A stretch of DNA of 53,498 bases, taken from the IMG/VR virus record IMGVR_UViG_3300031857_000256, positions 1-53,498 of that record; one strand, 5' to 3'. Numbering within the stretch: the first letter of the stretch is position 1; each line of letters starts with the position of its first letter. The notes under the pieces were generated by a model. The model was not told where the DNA came from, did not search any database, and worked only from the letters and a program-made list of their open reading frames with translations. Shown piece after piece: positions 1-10,000 of the stretch. Source of the stretch: a virus (lineage: Duplodnaviria > Caudoviricetes). Position numbers and translations under genes: made by a program.

Positions 1-1
1 A

Positions 2-337
2 ACAAATTTTCAAATCAATTGGAACGATGAGAGCGGTTCAGCGATTGATTTGAGTGGTTACCACGCTAGAATGCAAATTAGACCAGGTGTTGAATCATCT
101 GAAGTCTTTCTTTCACTTTCATCATCTCTAAAGTCCGATAATACGGGAATCAATTTAAGTGGTTCTAATTTTATAACTCCATTGGCAAGTGGTTCTATTG
201 GAGTGTATATATCTGCAGCATCTTCATCAGTATTAAATTTTGGTGAAGCATTTTACGATTTAGAATTGGTAAAAGGTAATGAAGTTACAAGATTATTAGA
301 AGGTAAGGTTAAGTTATCTAAAAACGTAACTCGATAG
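2..337 (+). CDS. 5'-truncated virion protein, BppU N-terminal-like (baseplate/fibre adaptor) domain
   Basis: The frame is open from position 2 (TNFQINWNDESGSAIDLSGYHARMQIR...), so the true start is upstream of the window. The IDLxGYxARMQIR...YDLEL...VTRLLEGKV pattern is typical of BppU-like phage adaptors. Confidence 0.65.
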   Translation, partial: TNFQINWNDESGSAIDLSGYHARMQIRPGVESSEVFLSLSSSLKSDNTGINLSGSNFITPLASGSIGVYISAASSSVLNFGEAFYDLELVKGNEVTRLLEGKVKLSKNVTR

Positions 338-338
338 G

Positions 339-2969
339 ATGTCAGTACAAATAAGCAAAGATATAACAACTGTCCAAGTTGAAATCCCAAAAACCAATGT
401 AGCGGTAGAAAATGCCGTTACGAATATTAATGTCCAAACATCTCAACCTCTAGTAACAATATCACAAGCGGGTGTAAGTGGTAAGGATGGAACATCTGGA
501 ACATCTGGTACTTTTGGAAATGTATTGAGTAGTTCACTTAAAATTTCCGGTTCAATTATTCCAAATGTAGCTGATGGAGATTTAACATCTTCGTTTAGTT
601 TGGGTTCTGCTACAAATGCGTGGAAAGACCTTTGGATTTCTAAGGGTACAATTTATTTTATTGGAGATAATAATGAATCTGCATCTATTTCTATAAATGC
701 AGACAATCAAATTGTAATATCTGATATTAATCTTGCAGGCTCATTAACTGCATCTTTAAGAGAAGGATACATTTGGGTTGGTGGACCTGGTAACAAAAAT
801 ATTGCAATACCAACTTCTTCTTTAGTAACTGGTGGTACTGGAGCAGGATTTCCATATGAAGGTGAAGCACAAATTACAGGTTCACTAATTGTAACAGGTT
901 CAATATTTTTAAATGGAGTTAATATAGCAGGTGGTGGAATTGGTACAAACGGCACATCTGGAACAAGCGGATTAACTATAACAGGTAGTGCTGGTTCGGA
1001 TGGTACAAGCGGAACGTCTGGATTAACTATAACAGGTAGTGCTGGTACATCGGGTATTGACGGTACAAGCGGAACGTCTGGATTAACTATAACAGGTAGC
1101 GCAGGTTCGCATGGTACATCCGGAACTTCTGGAATTTCAGTATTGGTAGATAGTGGTTCATTTGCAACAATTGGTTCAAATTCATTTAATGGTAACCAAA
1201 CCATAACGGGCTCTCTTATTCAAGGATTAGAGGGGAATATAGCAACAGGAGAAAACTCACATGCTGAAGGAAGTATTACTAAAGCAATAGGAAACTACTC
1301 ACATGCTGAAGGAGATAATACTCAAGCAAAAGGAGATTACTCACACGCTGAAGGTCAAGAAACAATAGCATCAGGCTCATACTCACATGCAGAGGGGTAT
1401 CAAACAATAGCATTAGCCAATCATCAACACGTACAGGGACAATATAACGCTGTATCATCTGTACCTTCCGCTTTTATTGTAGGTAATGGAACTGATGATA
1501 TTAATAGAAGTAATCTTATACACGCCGCTGGAAATGAAGTGGAGATAACCGGTTCATTAAACATAAATGGTTCATTTACTTCATCATTAGCAGAAGGTTA
1601 TGTTTGGGTGGGTGGAATAAACGATATAACTCATTTAGTAGCAACATCTTCATTTGCAATAACTGGTTCAAACACATTTATAGGTAATCAAACTATAAGT
1701 GGTTCAGTTTATTTACAAAATGGTGAATCAATATTGTCTGCTGATAAATTTGATTCGCCTGCTGGAGATTTAACTTTGAGAGCAGGAGATAGTGTAACTA
1801 GTGATGCAGGAGATTTGACCGTAAGAGCGGGAGATACAGTAACAGGAATTGGTGGTAATCTCATAATATCAGCAGGAGATACTACAACAGGTAATGCTGG
1901 TACACTTAATATAAGTAGTGGTGAAACTATAACGGGAAATGGTGGAAACTTTACAATTAACGCAGGTCAGACTATATCTGGAGACGGTGGTGATGTAAGT
2001 ATAAATGCGGGTCAAACTGTAACTGGTGCAGGTGGTGCTGTAAGTATAAAAGCAGGTGATACAGTAACTGGTGCCGGTGGTCATATAATCTTAACAACCG
2101 GAGATTCTGTTAATGGTAATCCGGGTGATATAACATTAAGAATCGTAAGTGCATCAGTAAACAAAGATTGGGTATTTGGTAGTGCTAGTGTAATATTTCC
2201 TGATGGAACAACACAATTAACCGCATTTACCGGAATCCCACAGGGAACGGTATCATCATCACAACAAATAACTGATTTTGGGTTTGTATCATCATCAACC
2301 GCAGATACAACTGCATTAAATAATTTTACTAGTTCTATAATAGCGGAAATAAACGGTATTGAAGTATATACGGCATCATTAAAAGCAACCACATTGATAA
2401 GTGGAGCTGCACAAATTACAGCATTAGGATTTGGAGCAGGTGGTGGAGATGTAACAGCACTCAATACATATACTGGTTCTCAAAGTGCAATTACAAATAT
2501 AATATTACAAACAACTGCATCTTTAAAAACTTATACATCATCAATTAGTGGAATTACTAATGCCATAATGGCTTACACCGCATCATTAAAAGCAACAACT
2601 TTAATATCTTCATCTGGACAAATTTCTGGATTTGCAACACTAACTGCAAATACATTTGTTGGAAATCAAATAATAACAGGTTCTTTAATTGTAAGTTCAA
2701 CTGCAGTAAGTGATGCAACTTTATTGACAAGTAGTTCTAATCTTATTTTAAACTCTGGAAGTAATTTATACATTAATAATGGTGGTTTGGCTCAAATAAG
2801 TGGTTCACTAAATGTAACTGGGTCAGCAACTATAAATGATATTTTAATACTTACACCAAGAACAACAAATCCAACAAATCCAATTTCTGGTAGTTTTATT
2901 GTTAGTTCTAGTGGAGATACAATTAAACCATTCTTTTGGGATGGTAATGATTGGCAAGCACTTTATTAA
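339..2969 (+). CDS. Fibre/adhesin-like virion protein (876 aa) with YadA-head-like SHAEG repeats and Gly-rich repeats
   Basis: 14-aa (AxGxYSHAEGxxTx) repeats like trimeric-adhesin head repeats; short GTSG tract; 15-aa AGDTxTGxGGxLxI repeats; duplicated GSxTxSLxEGYxWVGG motif. Confidence 0.75.
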   Translation: MSVQISKDITTVQVEIPKTNVAVENAVTNINVQTSQPLVTISQAGVSGKDGTSGTSGTFGNVLSSSLKISGSIIPNVADGDLTSSFSLGSATNAWKDLWISKGTIYFIGDNNESASISINADNQIVISDINLAGSLTASLREGYIWVGGPGNKNIAIPTSSLVTGGTGAGFPYEGEAQITGSLIVTGSIFLNGVNIAGGGIGTNGTSGTSGLTITGSAGSDGTSGTSGLTITGSAGTSGIDGTSGTSGLTITGSAGSHGTSGTSGISVLVDSGSFATIGSNSFNGNQTITGSLIQGLEGNIATGENSHAEGSITKAIGNYSHAEGDNTQAKGDYSHAEGQETIASGSYSHAEGYQTIALANHQHVQGQYNAVSSVPSAFIVGNGTDDINRSNLIHAAGNEVEITGSLNINGSFTSSLAEGYVWVGGINDITHLVATSSFAITGSNTFIGNQTISGSVYLQNGESILSADKFDSPAGDLTLRAGDSVTSDAGDLTVRAGDTVTGIGGNLIISAGDTTTGNAGTLNISSGETITGNGGNFTINAGQTISGDGGDVSINAGQTVTGAGGAVSIKAGDTVTGAGGHIILTTGDSVNGNPGDITLRIVSASVNKDWVFGSASVIFPDGTTQLTAFTGIPQGTVSSSQQITDFGFVSSSTADTTALNNFTSSIIAEINGIEVYTASLKATTLISGAAQITALGFGAGGGDVTALNTYTGSQSAITNIILQTTASLKTYTSSISGITNAIMAYTASLKATTLISSSGQISGFATLTANTFVGNQIITGSLIVSSTAVSDATLLTSSSNLILNSGSNLYINNGGLAQISGSLNVTGSATINDILILTPRTTNPTNPISGSFIVSSSGDTIKPFFWDGNDWQALY
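952..1130 (+). repeat. Three near-identical 51-60 bp tandem units encoding GTSGLTITGSAG
   Basis: ggattaactataacaggtag occurs three times (~970, ~1020, ~1080) with shared flanks. Confidence 0.85.
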
Positions 2970-2971
2970 TT

Positions 2972-3547
2972 ATGGCAATAGAATTTACAAACGGATACCA
3001 AATTATTTCAAATACACCATTTTATTCTAATATTGATAATTACATAATAAATGGTGTAAGGCAGGCATCTACCGGAGAATTATTTAGAAGTAATATAACT
3101 CCCAGTAGAAGAATGACAGTCACACAAACTATTACATTTACAGGATTTAGAATGGTCAGAATACCAAATGATAACTGGAATCAATTATCAACAGTTGCTT
3201 TTTATTCACCAAATGTTTCTTTAGCAGTTGTAGGTGGTAGTGGAGGAACAATTGATGGTGGGGTTTCATCTAAAAGTTTTGAGACTAAATCAGTTACAAA
3301 CCGTCCAAATGTAACGGCTCAAAGAGCAAATCAGACTTGGCAATATGATATAAACATCATTAGAGCGGTAAACAATTCCGTAACTACCCTAACACCTGGC
3401 GAATACAGCTTAACAGTATTGGGAAAAAGTGGGATTGGAAATTTGACAATAGCAACCCTAACAAATTCTTTATTTCCAATTGATACCACTAAAAAGATAT
3501 ATCCATCCTCAAATGTATCAACACACTTTGTAATTGAAGTGTTTTAG
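2972..3547 (+). CDS. Hypothetical beta-rich protein (191 aa), possible fibre tip or accessory protein
   Basis: In-frame ATG at 2972, 2 nt after the upstream stop, is preferred to TTG 2951. No recognisable family. Confidence 0.6.
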   Translation: MAIEFTNGYQIISNTPFYSNIDNYIINGVRQASTGELFRSNITPSRRMTVTQTITFTGFRMVRIPNDNWNQLSTVAFYSPNVSLAVVGGSGGTIDGGVSSKSFETKSVTNRPNVTAQRANQTWQYDINIIRAVNNSVTTLTPGEYSLTVLGKSGIGNLTIATLTNSLFPIDTTKKIYPSSNVSTHFVIEVF

Positions 3548-3584
3548 GGATATATCTCTCAAATAACTAATCTTCCCTTTTCTA

Positions 3585-3617
3585 ATATTTATAAGTAACC
3601 TAAAATATATACTTATA
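3585..3617 (+). promoter_or_regulatory. Putative late-promoter motif, two copies (ATATTTATA 3585-3593; ATACTTATA 3609-3617)
   Basis: The same 9-mer recurs in most larger intergenic gaps of the window, upstream of a start codon. Confidence 0.6.
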
Positions 3618-4784
3618 ATGGCATTAGAAACTTTAATATATCCTGGTTCATCTTCGTTCTTTCCGGGACAAACTCCTTTTGGAATATATGATAACGATTA
3701 TGAGTTCCAAGAAGAAGCTCCAAAAGTGGCACTTTGGTGTGCTAGAAGATTGGGGTATCCTATTCAAAACATTGAACTTTTAGATGAAAATTTTTACGCT
3801 TGTTTAGAAGAAGCAGTATCAGAATACGGTGCGCAAGTAAATCAATTCAATATTCGTAATAATTTAGATGTTTTGAGAGGAAAAACAAAATCTACAAATC
3901 TTTCTAATAAATTAGTTCAAGGTTCAAATCTTCCAACATTAATTGGTATTTCGGATGCATATGGAACTTTAGCTGGTGTGGGTGGTAATACTGATATCAA
4001 AAAAGGATATGTAGAATTACAAGCCGGACAACAAGAATATGATTTAGATACACTATGGGGAGCTGTTTCTGAAAGTGGAAAACGTATAGAAATTGTAAAA
4101 GTATTCCATGAACCAGTACCTGCAATTAATAGATTCTTTGACCCTTATTCAGTAAGTGGACAGGGTACGTTAAACTTAATTGATGAATTTGGATTTGGTT
4201 CATTCTCACCGGCGGCACAATTTATATTGATGCCGATATTTGAGGATATGTTAAGAATTCAAGCTATTGAGTTTAATGACCAATTTAGAAAATCTGCATT
4301 TACGTTTAATATTGTAAATGGTAAGATTAGAGTATTTCCAAGACCAACATCTCAACATATAAATCTTTACGGAAAATTATATTTTGATTATTTTGTAAAA
4401 GACGATTTTACTGAAAATTCTACAAATATAACACCAAATGTAATTTCTGATTATTCGGATATCCCGTATGATTTTATGGAATTTGGTGGCATTAATGATG
4501 TTGGTAAACAGTGGATTAGAAAATATACTTTAGCATTGGTAAAGGAACTATTAGGAGCGGTTAGAGAAAAATATTCTCAAATTCCAATTCCTGGTTCTGA
4601 AATTAGTTTAGATGGTGCAGCGCTTAGAGCAGAAGCAACAACGGAAAAAGAATCACTTATGACACAATTAAGAGAAACTTTGGAAGAATTGGGAAGAACT
4701 AAACAATTTGAAAACCGAAATACGGAAGCTACTGCTCATCAAGAAATGTTACGAAAAGTTCCACTAGCAATTTATATAGGTTAA
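3618..4784 (+). CDS. Neck / head-tail adaptor protein (T4 gp13-like)
   Basis: RRLGYPIQNIEL near the N-terminus and WIRKYTLALVKELLGAVREKYSQIPIPG...LDG near the C-terminus match gp13-like neck proteins. First gene of a neck cluster. Confidence 0.8.
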   Translation: MALETLIYPGSSSFFPGQTPFGIYDNDYEFQEEAPKVALWCARRLGYPIQNIELLDENFYACLEEAVSEYGAQVNQFNIRNNLDVLRGKTKSTNLSNKLVQGSNLPTLIGISDAYGTLAGVGGNTDIKKGYVELQAGQQEYDLDTLWGAVSESGKRIEIVKVFHEPVPAINRFFDPYSVSGQGTLNLIDEFGFGSFSPAAQFILMPIFEDMLRIQAIEFNDQFRKSAFTFNIVNGKIRVFPRPTSQHINLYGKLYFDYFVKDDFTENSTNITPNVISDYSDIPYDFMEFGGINDVGKQWIRKYTLALVKELLGAVREKYSQIPIPGSEISLDGAALRAEATTEKESLMTQLRETLEELGRTKQFENRNTEATAHQEMLRKVPLAIYIG

Positions 4785-4788
4785 TATT

Positions 4789-5256
4789 ATGGCAAGATTT
4801 GCACTATCAAGAGATATAAAATTCTTTGAAGGTATATCCAGAGAATTAGTAGATGTGGTTATAGAAACCGCAGTTGTTCTTTACAAATTAATTGTAGAAG
4901 AAAGTAAGACTAATTTGTATGGAGAATCTTTAAATAAAACATATTATCAAGGTGTTGAATGTAGTGCGATAATTCAAAGAGATGAAACAACTGCAAATTA
5001 TGAAGGATTTGGTGTAGATGCAAATCAAAACGTACAATTTCGTTTTAATCGTTTTACACTTAAAGATAAAGATTTTTATCCAGAAGTTGGTGATATTATT
5101 TTTCATAATGAAGCATATTTTGAAATAGATAATGTAACGGAAGACCAATTAGTAGGTGGCAGAATTGAAACTGGAGATGGAGAAAAATTCTCTATCGTAT
5201 GTTCTACATTTATGACTAGAAGAAGTAGCATACAAACTGAAATGAGAATTGTATAA
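4789..5256 (+). CDS. Head-closure / neck protein (T4 gp14-like)
   Basis: NLYGES..K.Y, FG.D and PEVGDIIF...YFEI motifs; lies between gp13-like and gp15-like genes. Confidence 0.7.
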   Translation: MARFALSRDIKFFEGISRELVDVVIETAVVLYKLIVEESKTNLYGESLNKTYYQGVECSAIIQRDETTANYEGFGVDANQNVQFRFNRFTLKDKDFYPEVGDIIFHNEAYFEIDNVTEDQLVGGRIETGDGEKFSIVCSTFMTRRSSIQTEMRIV

Positions 5257-6317
5257 TGGAAAGAAAAGAAACAAATAGGGCCAAACATTTATCAATAGAT
5301 AAAGAATTTCAGAAAGGTGTCAAAATTATTGATGTCGATACTGCTATTGCCGATTATATGTCTAAAGTTATTATTCCTGATTTGGAAGAAAATGGTAATT
5401 TAGTTAAAGTTCCATTAATCTATGGAAACGCCGAAAGATGGACAAGTTCAAGACAACAAGGTTATTTAAGAGATGAAAGGGGAAAGGTTCAAATTCCTTT
5501 GGTAATGTTTAAAAGAAATAGCATTGAAAAGGATGAAAGTTTACCGCATTTTAGAGAAGTAATTACACGTCCATTTGCAAAAAAATATTCTCAAAAAAAT
5601 AGATATGATAGATTTAGCATAATGACTGGAGCTAAACCTACATACGAATTTTATAATATAGCAATTCCTGCATATGTTACCGTTGTATATGAAGTGGTAA
5701 TTTGGACTTCATTTACCGAACATATGAATAAGATAATTGAACAATTTCAAAATGAAAGTGAAAAATATTGGGGAAATGTAGATGGGTTTAAATTTAGGTC
5801 AATAATTAATTCTTTTGAAACTTCTCAAGATTTAGTAGGAGCTTCAGAAAGATTAATTAGAACCACTTTTAATGTAAATGTTAGTGCATATCTTTTACCT
5901 GACCAGGTTAATGAAAAACCAACAATTAGTAAATCATTTTCAGCAAAAAGAGTTGTATTCGGTATTGAAACTGACCTCTCTGGAGACCTGTTCACCGGTG
6001 CAAATCTTTATAATGAATATGCAGATGTTATTAATTTTGTAGCTATAAGAGGTTCTCAAATGGCAAGTTATGTAAGTCCAACTTCTGTTAAATTAACAAA
6101 TGTTAGAAAACCACTTCTTCCATCCGAACTTATTGGTGTATTTGATACCGATAACTGGTTTAGAATATATATAAATGGCGATTTTATATCACCTTCGTTT
6201 TATACATATACATTTAGTGGTGGTACAAATGAGATAGTATTTAATTTTGTAAATTTAAATTTTTCTTTGGATGTAGATGATGAAATCGCTATAACTGGTA
6301 AATTCCAAGAACTATGA
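5256..6317 (+). CDS. Tail terminator / sheath stabiliser (T4 gp15-like) with an extra C-terminal domain
   Basis: KVPLIYGNAERW, LP/IP-x-M and PxYVTVxYEVxIWT...MNKIIEQF motifs; TAATG overlap with the upstream gene. Confidence 0.75.
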   Translation: MERKETNRAKHLSIDKEFQKGVKIIDVDTAIADYMSKVIIPDLEENGNLVKVPLIYGNAERWTSSRQQGYLRDERGKVQIPLVMFKRNSIEKDESLPHFREVITRPFAKKYSQKNRYDRFSIMTGAKPTYEFYNIAIPAYVTVVYEVVIWTSFTEHMNKIIEQFQNESEKYWGNVDGFKFRSIINSFETSQDLVGASERLIRTTFNVNVSAYLLPDQVNEKPTISKSFSAKRVVFGIETDLSGDLFTGANLYNEYADVINFVAIRGSQMASYVSPTSVKLTNVRKPLLPSELIGVFDTDNWFRIYINGDFISPSFYTYTFSGGTNEIVFNFVNLNFSLDVDDEIAITGKFQEL

Positions 6318-6670
6318 ATATACTAGATTTAAAAAATATAATGAAAGAAGTAAATGAGCCAAATGAATTTGTATTAGAAGTTCATGACTTGTTACATCCA
6401 TACTATTGGATTTTCAAAAAAGATAATTTAAGAATAAAAACATTATATAAGACTTTGGAAAAATTTAGAAAACCCACTGCAAGATTTGATGTTTTTATAA
6501 ATGGATTATTTATATCTGAAAATGATTATGAATATGAGAATATATCAAATACATTTTATTTAAAATTTAAAAAAGAAAGATTTCCTGAATTTGACCGCTT
6601 TGGTAATCCATATGAAATCGAAGTTACTGATGAAATAAAAATAAATGGAGATATAGAAATTTATAGATAA
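6314..6670 (+). CDS. Hypothetical virion protein (118 aa), similar to the C-terminal domain of the gp15-like protein
   Basis: ATGA overlap with the upstream stop; FDVFINGLFIS...TDEIKINGDI resembles FRIYINGDFIS...DDEIAITGKF. Confidence 0.7.
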   Translation: MNILDLKNIMKEVNEPNEFVLEVHDLLHPYYWIFKKDNLRIKTLYKTLEKFRKPTARFDVFINGLFISENDYEYENISNTFYLKFKKERFPEFDRFGNPYEIEVTDEIKINGDIEIYR

Positions 6671-7053
6671 TGGCGAGAAAATTACCAAATATAAATAGAG
6701 GAAACGATTTATTAAAAAGACAAAGATTGGAATTTAAAGATTTTGTGCTTAGAGTAAATACGGATACTTTTATTTATTCATATATACCGGACACACTTGA
6801 AGTAGTTGAAAATCTTTATTTTATACTAACATTACTAAATAAAAAATTTGTTTTTGATATTTTAGAAGTAGATGATGTTAGAGATTACATTGATGTATAT
6901 TTATTTGGAGTAAAACAACCACAAAGCAGATACAATGTAGAAGTTAGTGGAAATAATATAATTGTTACATTTGTTGCAGATGTTACTCGTTTACCAAATG
7001 AAGTACCTGCATCGGCATTTGAAATTAAAGGGAAAATAGTAGAAATAGTATAA
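6670..7053 (+). CDS. Hypothetical virion protein (127 aa), third copy of the same small beta domain
   Basis: TAATG overlaps at both ends; IDVYLFGVKQ...NNIIVTF...FEIKGKI. Confidence 0.7.
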   Translation: MARKLPNINRGNDLLKRQRLEFKDFVLRVNTDTFIYSYIPDTLEVVENLYFILTLLNKKFVFDILEVDDVRDYIDVYLFGVKQPQSRYNVEVSGNNIIVTFVADVTRLPNEVPASAFEIKGKIVEIV

Positions 7054-10000
7054 TGGCAAGACTGATACCTCGTAAACAGATAGAAGAACAACAGAATATT
7101 TCTGGTTCCCTTACCATACAACAAAATGTAGATATAGGTAATGATGCCATTATTTCTGGCTCACTTTTTGTATCAAAAAGTTTCTTTTTAGGAAATGATG
7201 TTACCGATAAAAGTGAAATTACAGGATCTGTATTTTTAACAGGTTCGTTAGAAATAGATGGACAACTTGTATTTAAAGGACCAGAAGCAGTTTTATCTGC
7301 AACTGCATCAAATACTTTATTGGCAGTGGATACTCAACGATATGCTGGTATTCTTGCAAAAGATTTTGGTGCTAACGTTCCTACACTTTATGTATCTTCA
7401 ACCGATGGTGACGATAATAATGATGGTAGAAGTATTCAATATCCACTTCGTACAATTAAAAGAGCGGCATCTTTAGCTTCTCCTGGGTACGATGGTAGAT
7501 ACGGCTTTGATACTGGCTCAATTTTTAATGGATATGTGATTAAAGTACAGGCTGGAACGTATTTAGAGGATAATCCTGTGATTCTTCCTAAAAATACAAC
7601 CATTTGGGGTGCAGGTCTGCGTATTACAAAAATCAACGCTAAGAATCCAACGGAAGACCTATTTTTAGTAAACTCTGGATGTTATATAGCAGAGGTTACT
7701 ATGGGTGGACTGAGATTATTTCCAGACCAAATAAATCCTGTAAAGGGGTTTGCTGTGGCTTTCCAACCAGGAGCGTTTATTACAACTTCCCCATACGTTC
7801 AGAACTGCTCGCAAATTTCAAACCAAGAGAATTCATTCACCGAACTTTACGAAGATATTCCACCAGGCGGCGGAGGTCTTTACGTTAATGGTGATGTGAT
7901 AGATCCAGATTCTCCGTTGGCTTCAATGGTATTGGATGCTTACACTCAAATTTCTCCAAACGGCGTAGGTTGTTTGGTTAATGGTAGAGGGTTCATTCAG
8001 TTGGTATCTTTCTTTAATAACTTTTCATATTATTCTATTAGAGTAAACAACGGTGGACATGCTACCCTAAACAACTCAAACATTTCGTTTGGTTTGTATG
8101 GTATGTACGCATCAGGTTCTCGTTTTATATCTGGTAGTGGTGGTAACATAGCAGCTAGAGATTCCGTAAGAGGGACTTGGAGTGTAGTTGTAGACGTGTT
8201 AAATAAAGGATTAGAAGCGGGATTACCTACAATTACAAAATTAAATACCGATGAAGGTATTCGTTTAACATCACCGGCATTATATACACAAAGTAGAGTA
8301 TCGGCGGGTACTACATTATCAACAACGGCAGCATCGGAAATAGCTTCTGATTATAAATTAATTAGTGCAATTGTAGAAAATGGTACTGCAGACTTTCCAA
8401 CATTATTGGCACAAAGTTCTAATAAAGGATATGGATTTGATTCCCCTTACAATATTTTAGGAGAAGTACAAATAACATCATCCATATCAGCAACAAATAC
8501 TGATTTAACAAATATAAGTGGTTCATATGCGGCATTATTAAGTATATTGGCAAACGGTACTGGTTCATTTACATTTAAATCAAATAATGAAGATGCAATT
8601 AAAGTAACAAATACCACGGAATATCCATTGGGAACTGCATCACCATTTACGGCGAGTGTGAGTTCTTCATTTAGTACTATAATTGATATTTTGAAAAATG
8701 GATTATCGGCAAGTCCGGTATTGGTTTCAAATACTAGTTCAAGTTTATTAATAGGAACTGGTTCTCAATATTTTACCGGAATATCATCATCTATTGCAGT
8801 TAGAAATTCGGTAAGTGCTAGTTTTGGTATAGTATATGGTGTTTTACAAAATGGAACTGGTAGTAACATATTACCAATACCTGAAAATCATCAAAGAGTT
8901 TATACGATAGTTAATAGTGGTAGTATTGGATTTAAATTTGATGATGTAAATAATTCATTAAATCCAACTCTAACTTTATTCAGAGGTGAAACGTATAAAT
9001 TTAATGTAGATGCTACAGACGAGTTTGGTGGATTATTTTATCCGTTTTGGATTAGAACTGCACAAATTGCAGATATCGGTACTAAATATGATTATAATAA
9101 AGGTGTAATAAATAATGGTGATAGTACTGGTACAATTACATTTACTGTACCATATGATGCACCTAATACTTTATATTATGTAGCGGATAATAATAGTGTA
9201 ATGGGTGGCAAGTTGAATATTGTAAATTCATCAACAACACCTAGATACTTAATTCAAAATACATTAACATATCCTGAAACAATTTTAAGTTCATCGATAG
9301 CAAGTACTGATGTTGATAAAATAAATGCTTATGATTTATTAATAGGAAATAAAGAGCTTGTAAAAGATGAAGTAGTAAGATTTGTAAATTCGTCTTGGTC
9401 TGATTTAGATTATAATCAAGAAACTTGTAAAAGAGATGTTGGATTTATTATAGATGGTGTAGCTAAAGACCTTTTATTTGGCGGTAATGAAGAAAGTTTA
9501 AGAAGTGCACTTTATTATTACATATATCCATCTGAAGCTACCACAACACAAAAAGAACCAACAACATCTGCTGTAAAATATGCAGCTGGGCTGGTTGATA
9601 AATTATTAAGCAATGTAACATTACAGTCTGCTAATAATGATAAATTGGCAGTAGCGGAATCTATTTTAGATAATAGAATATTTGTACAAAATGAAACAAT
9701 AGCATTTTTAAGTTCTTCTTGGAGTGGAGATGATGGGTTCTATTACAATGAAGAAAAATGTAAAAGAGATGTTGGTTACATTTTAGATGCGGTAGCAACT
9801 GATGCATTATATGGTGGAAATGAAAGAGCTATTACGGCTGCAAGATTTTATTACTTATATCCATCGGCAGCAACTGTAGCTGGAGTTCCATCTTCAACCG
9901 CACAATTAGAACAAACATTAACCGGTATTAGATATGCGGCGGGTGTAGTTGGTGCATTACTTAAAAATAAAACATTCCAAACAGCATCGGCTACAACACA

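Noticed and set aside
3546-3581. Possible terminator after the 191-aa ORF
   Set aside because: Only a short AGGGA/TCCCT pairing with a long loop; too weak to call.
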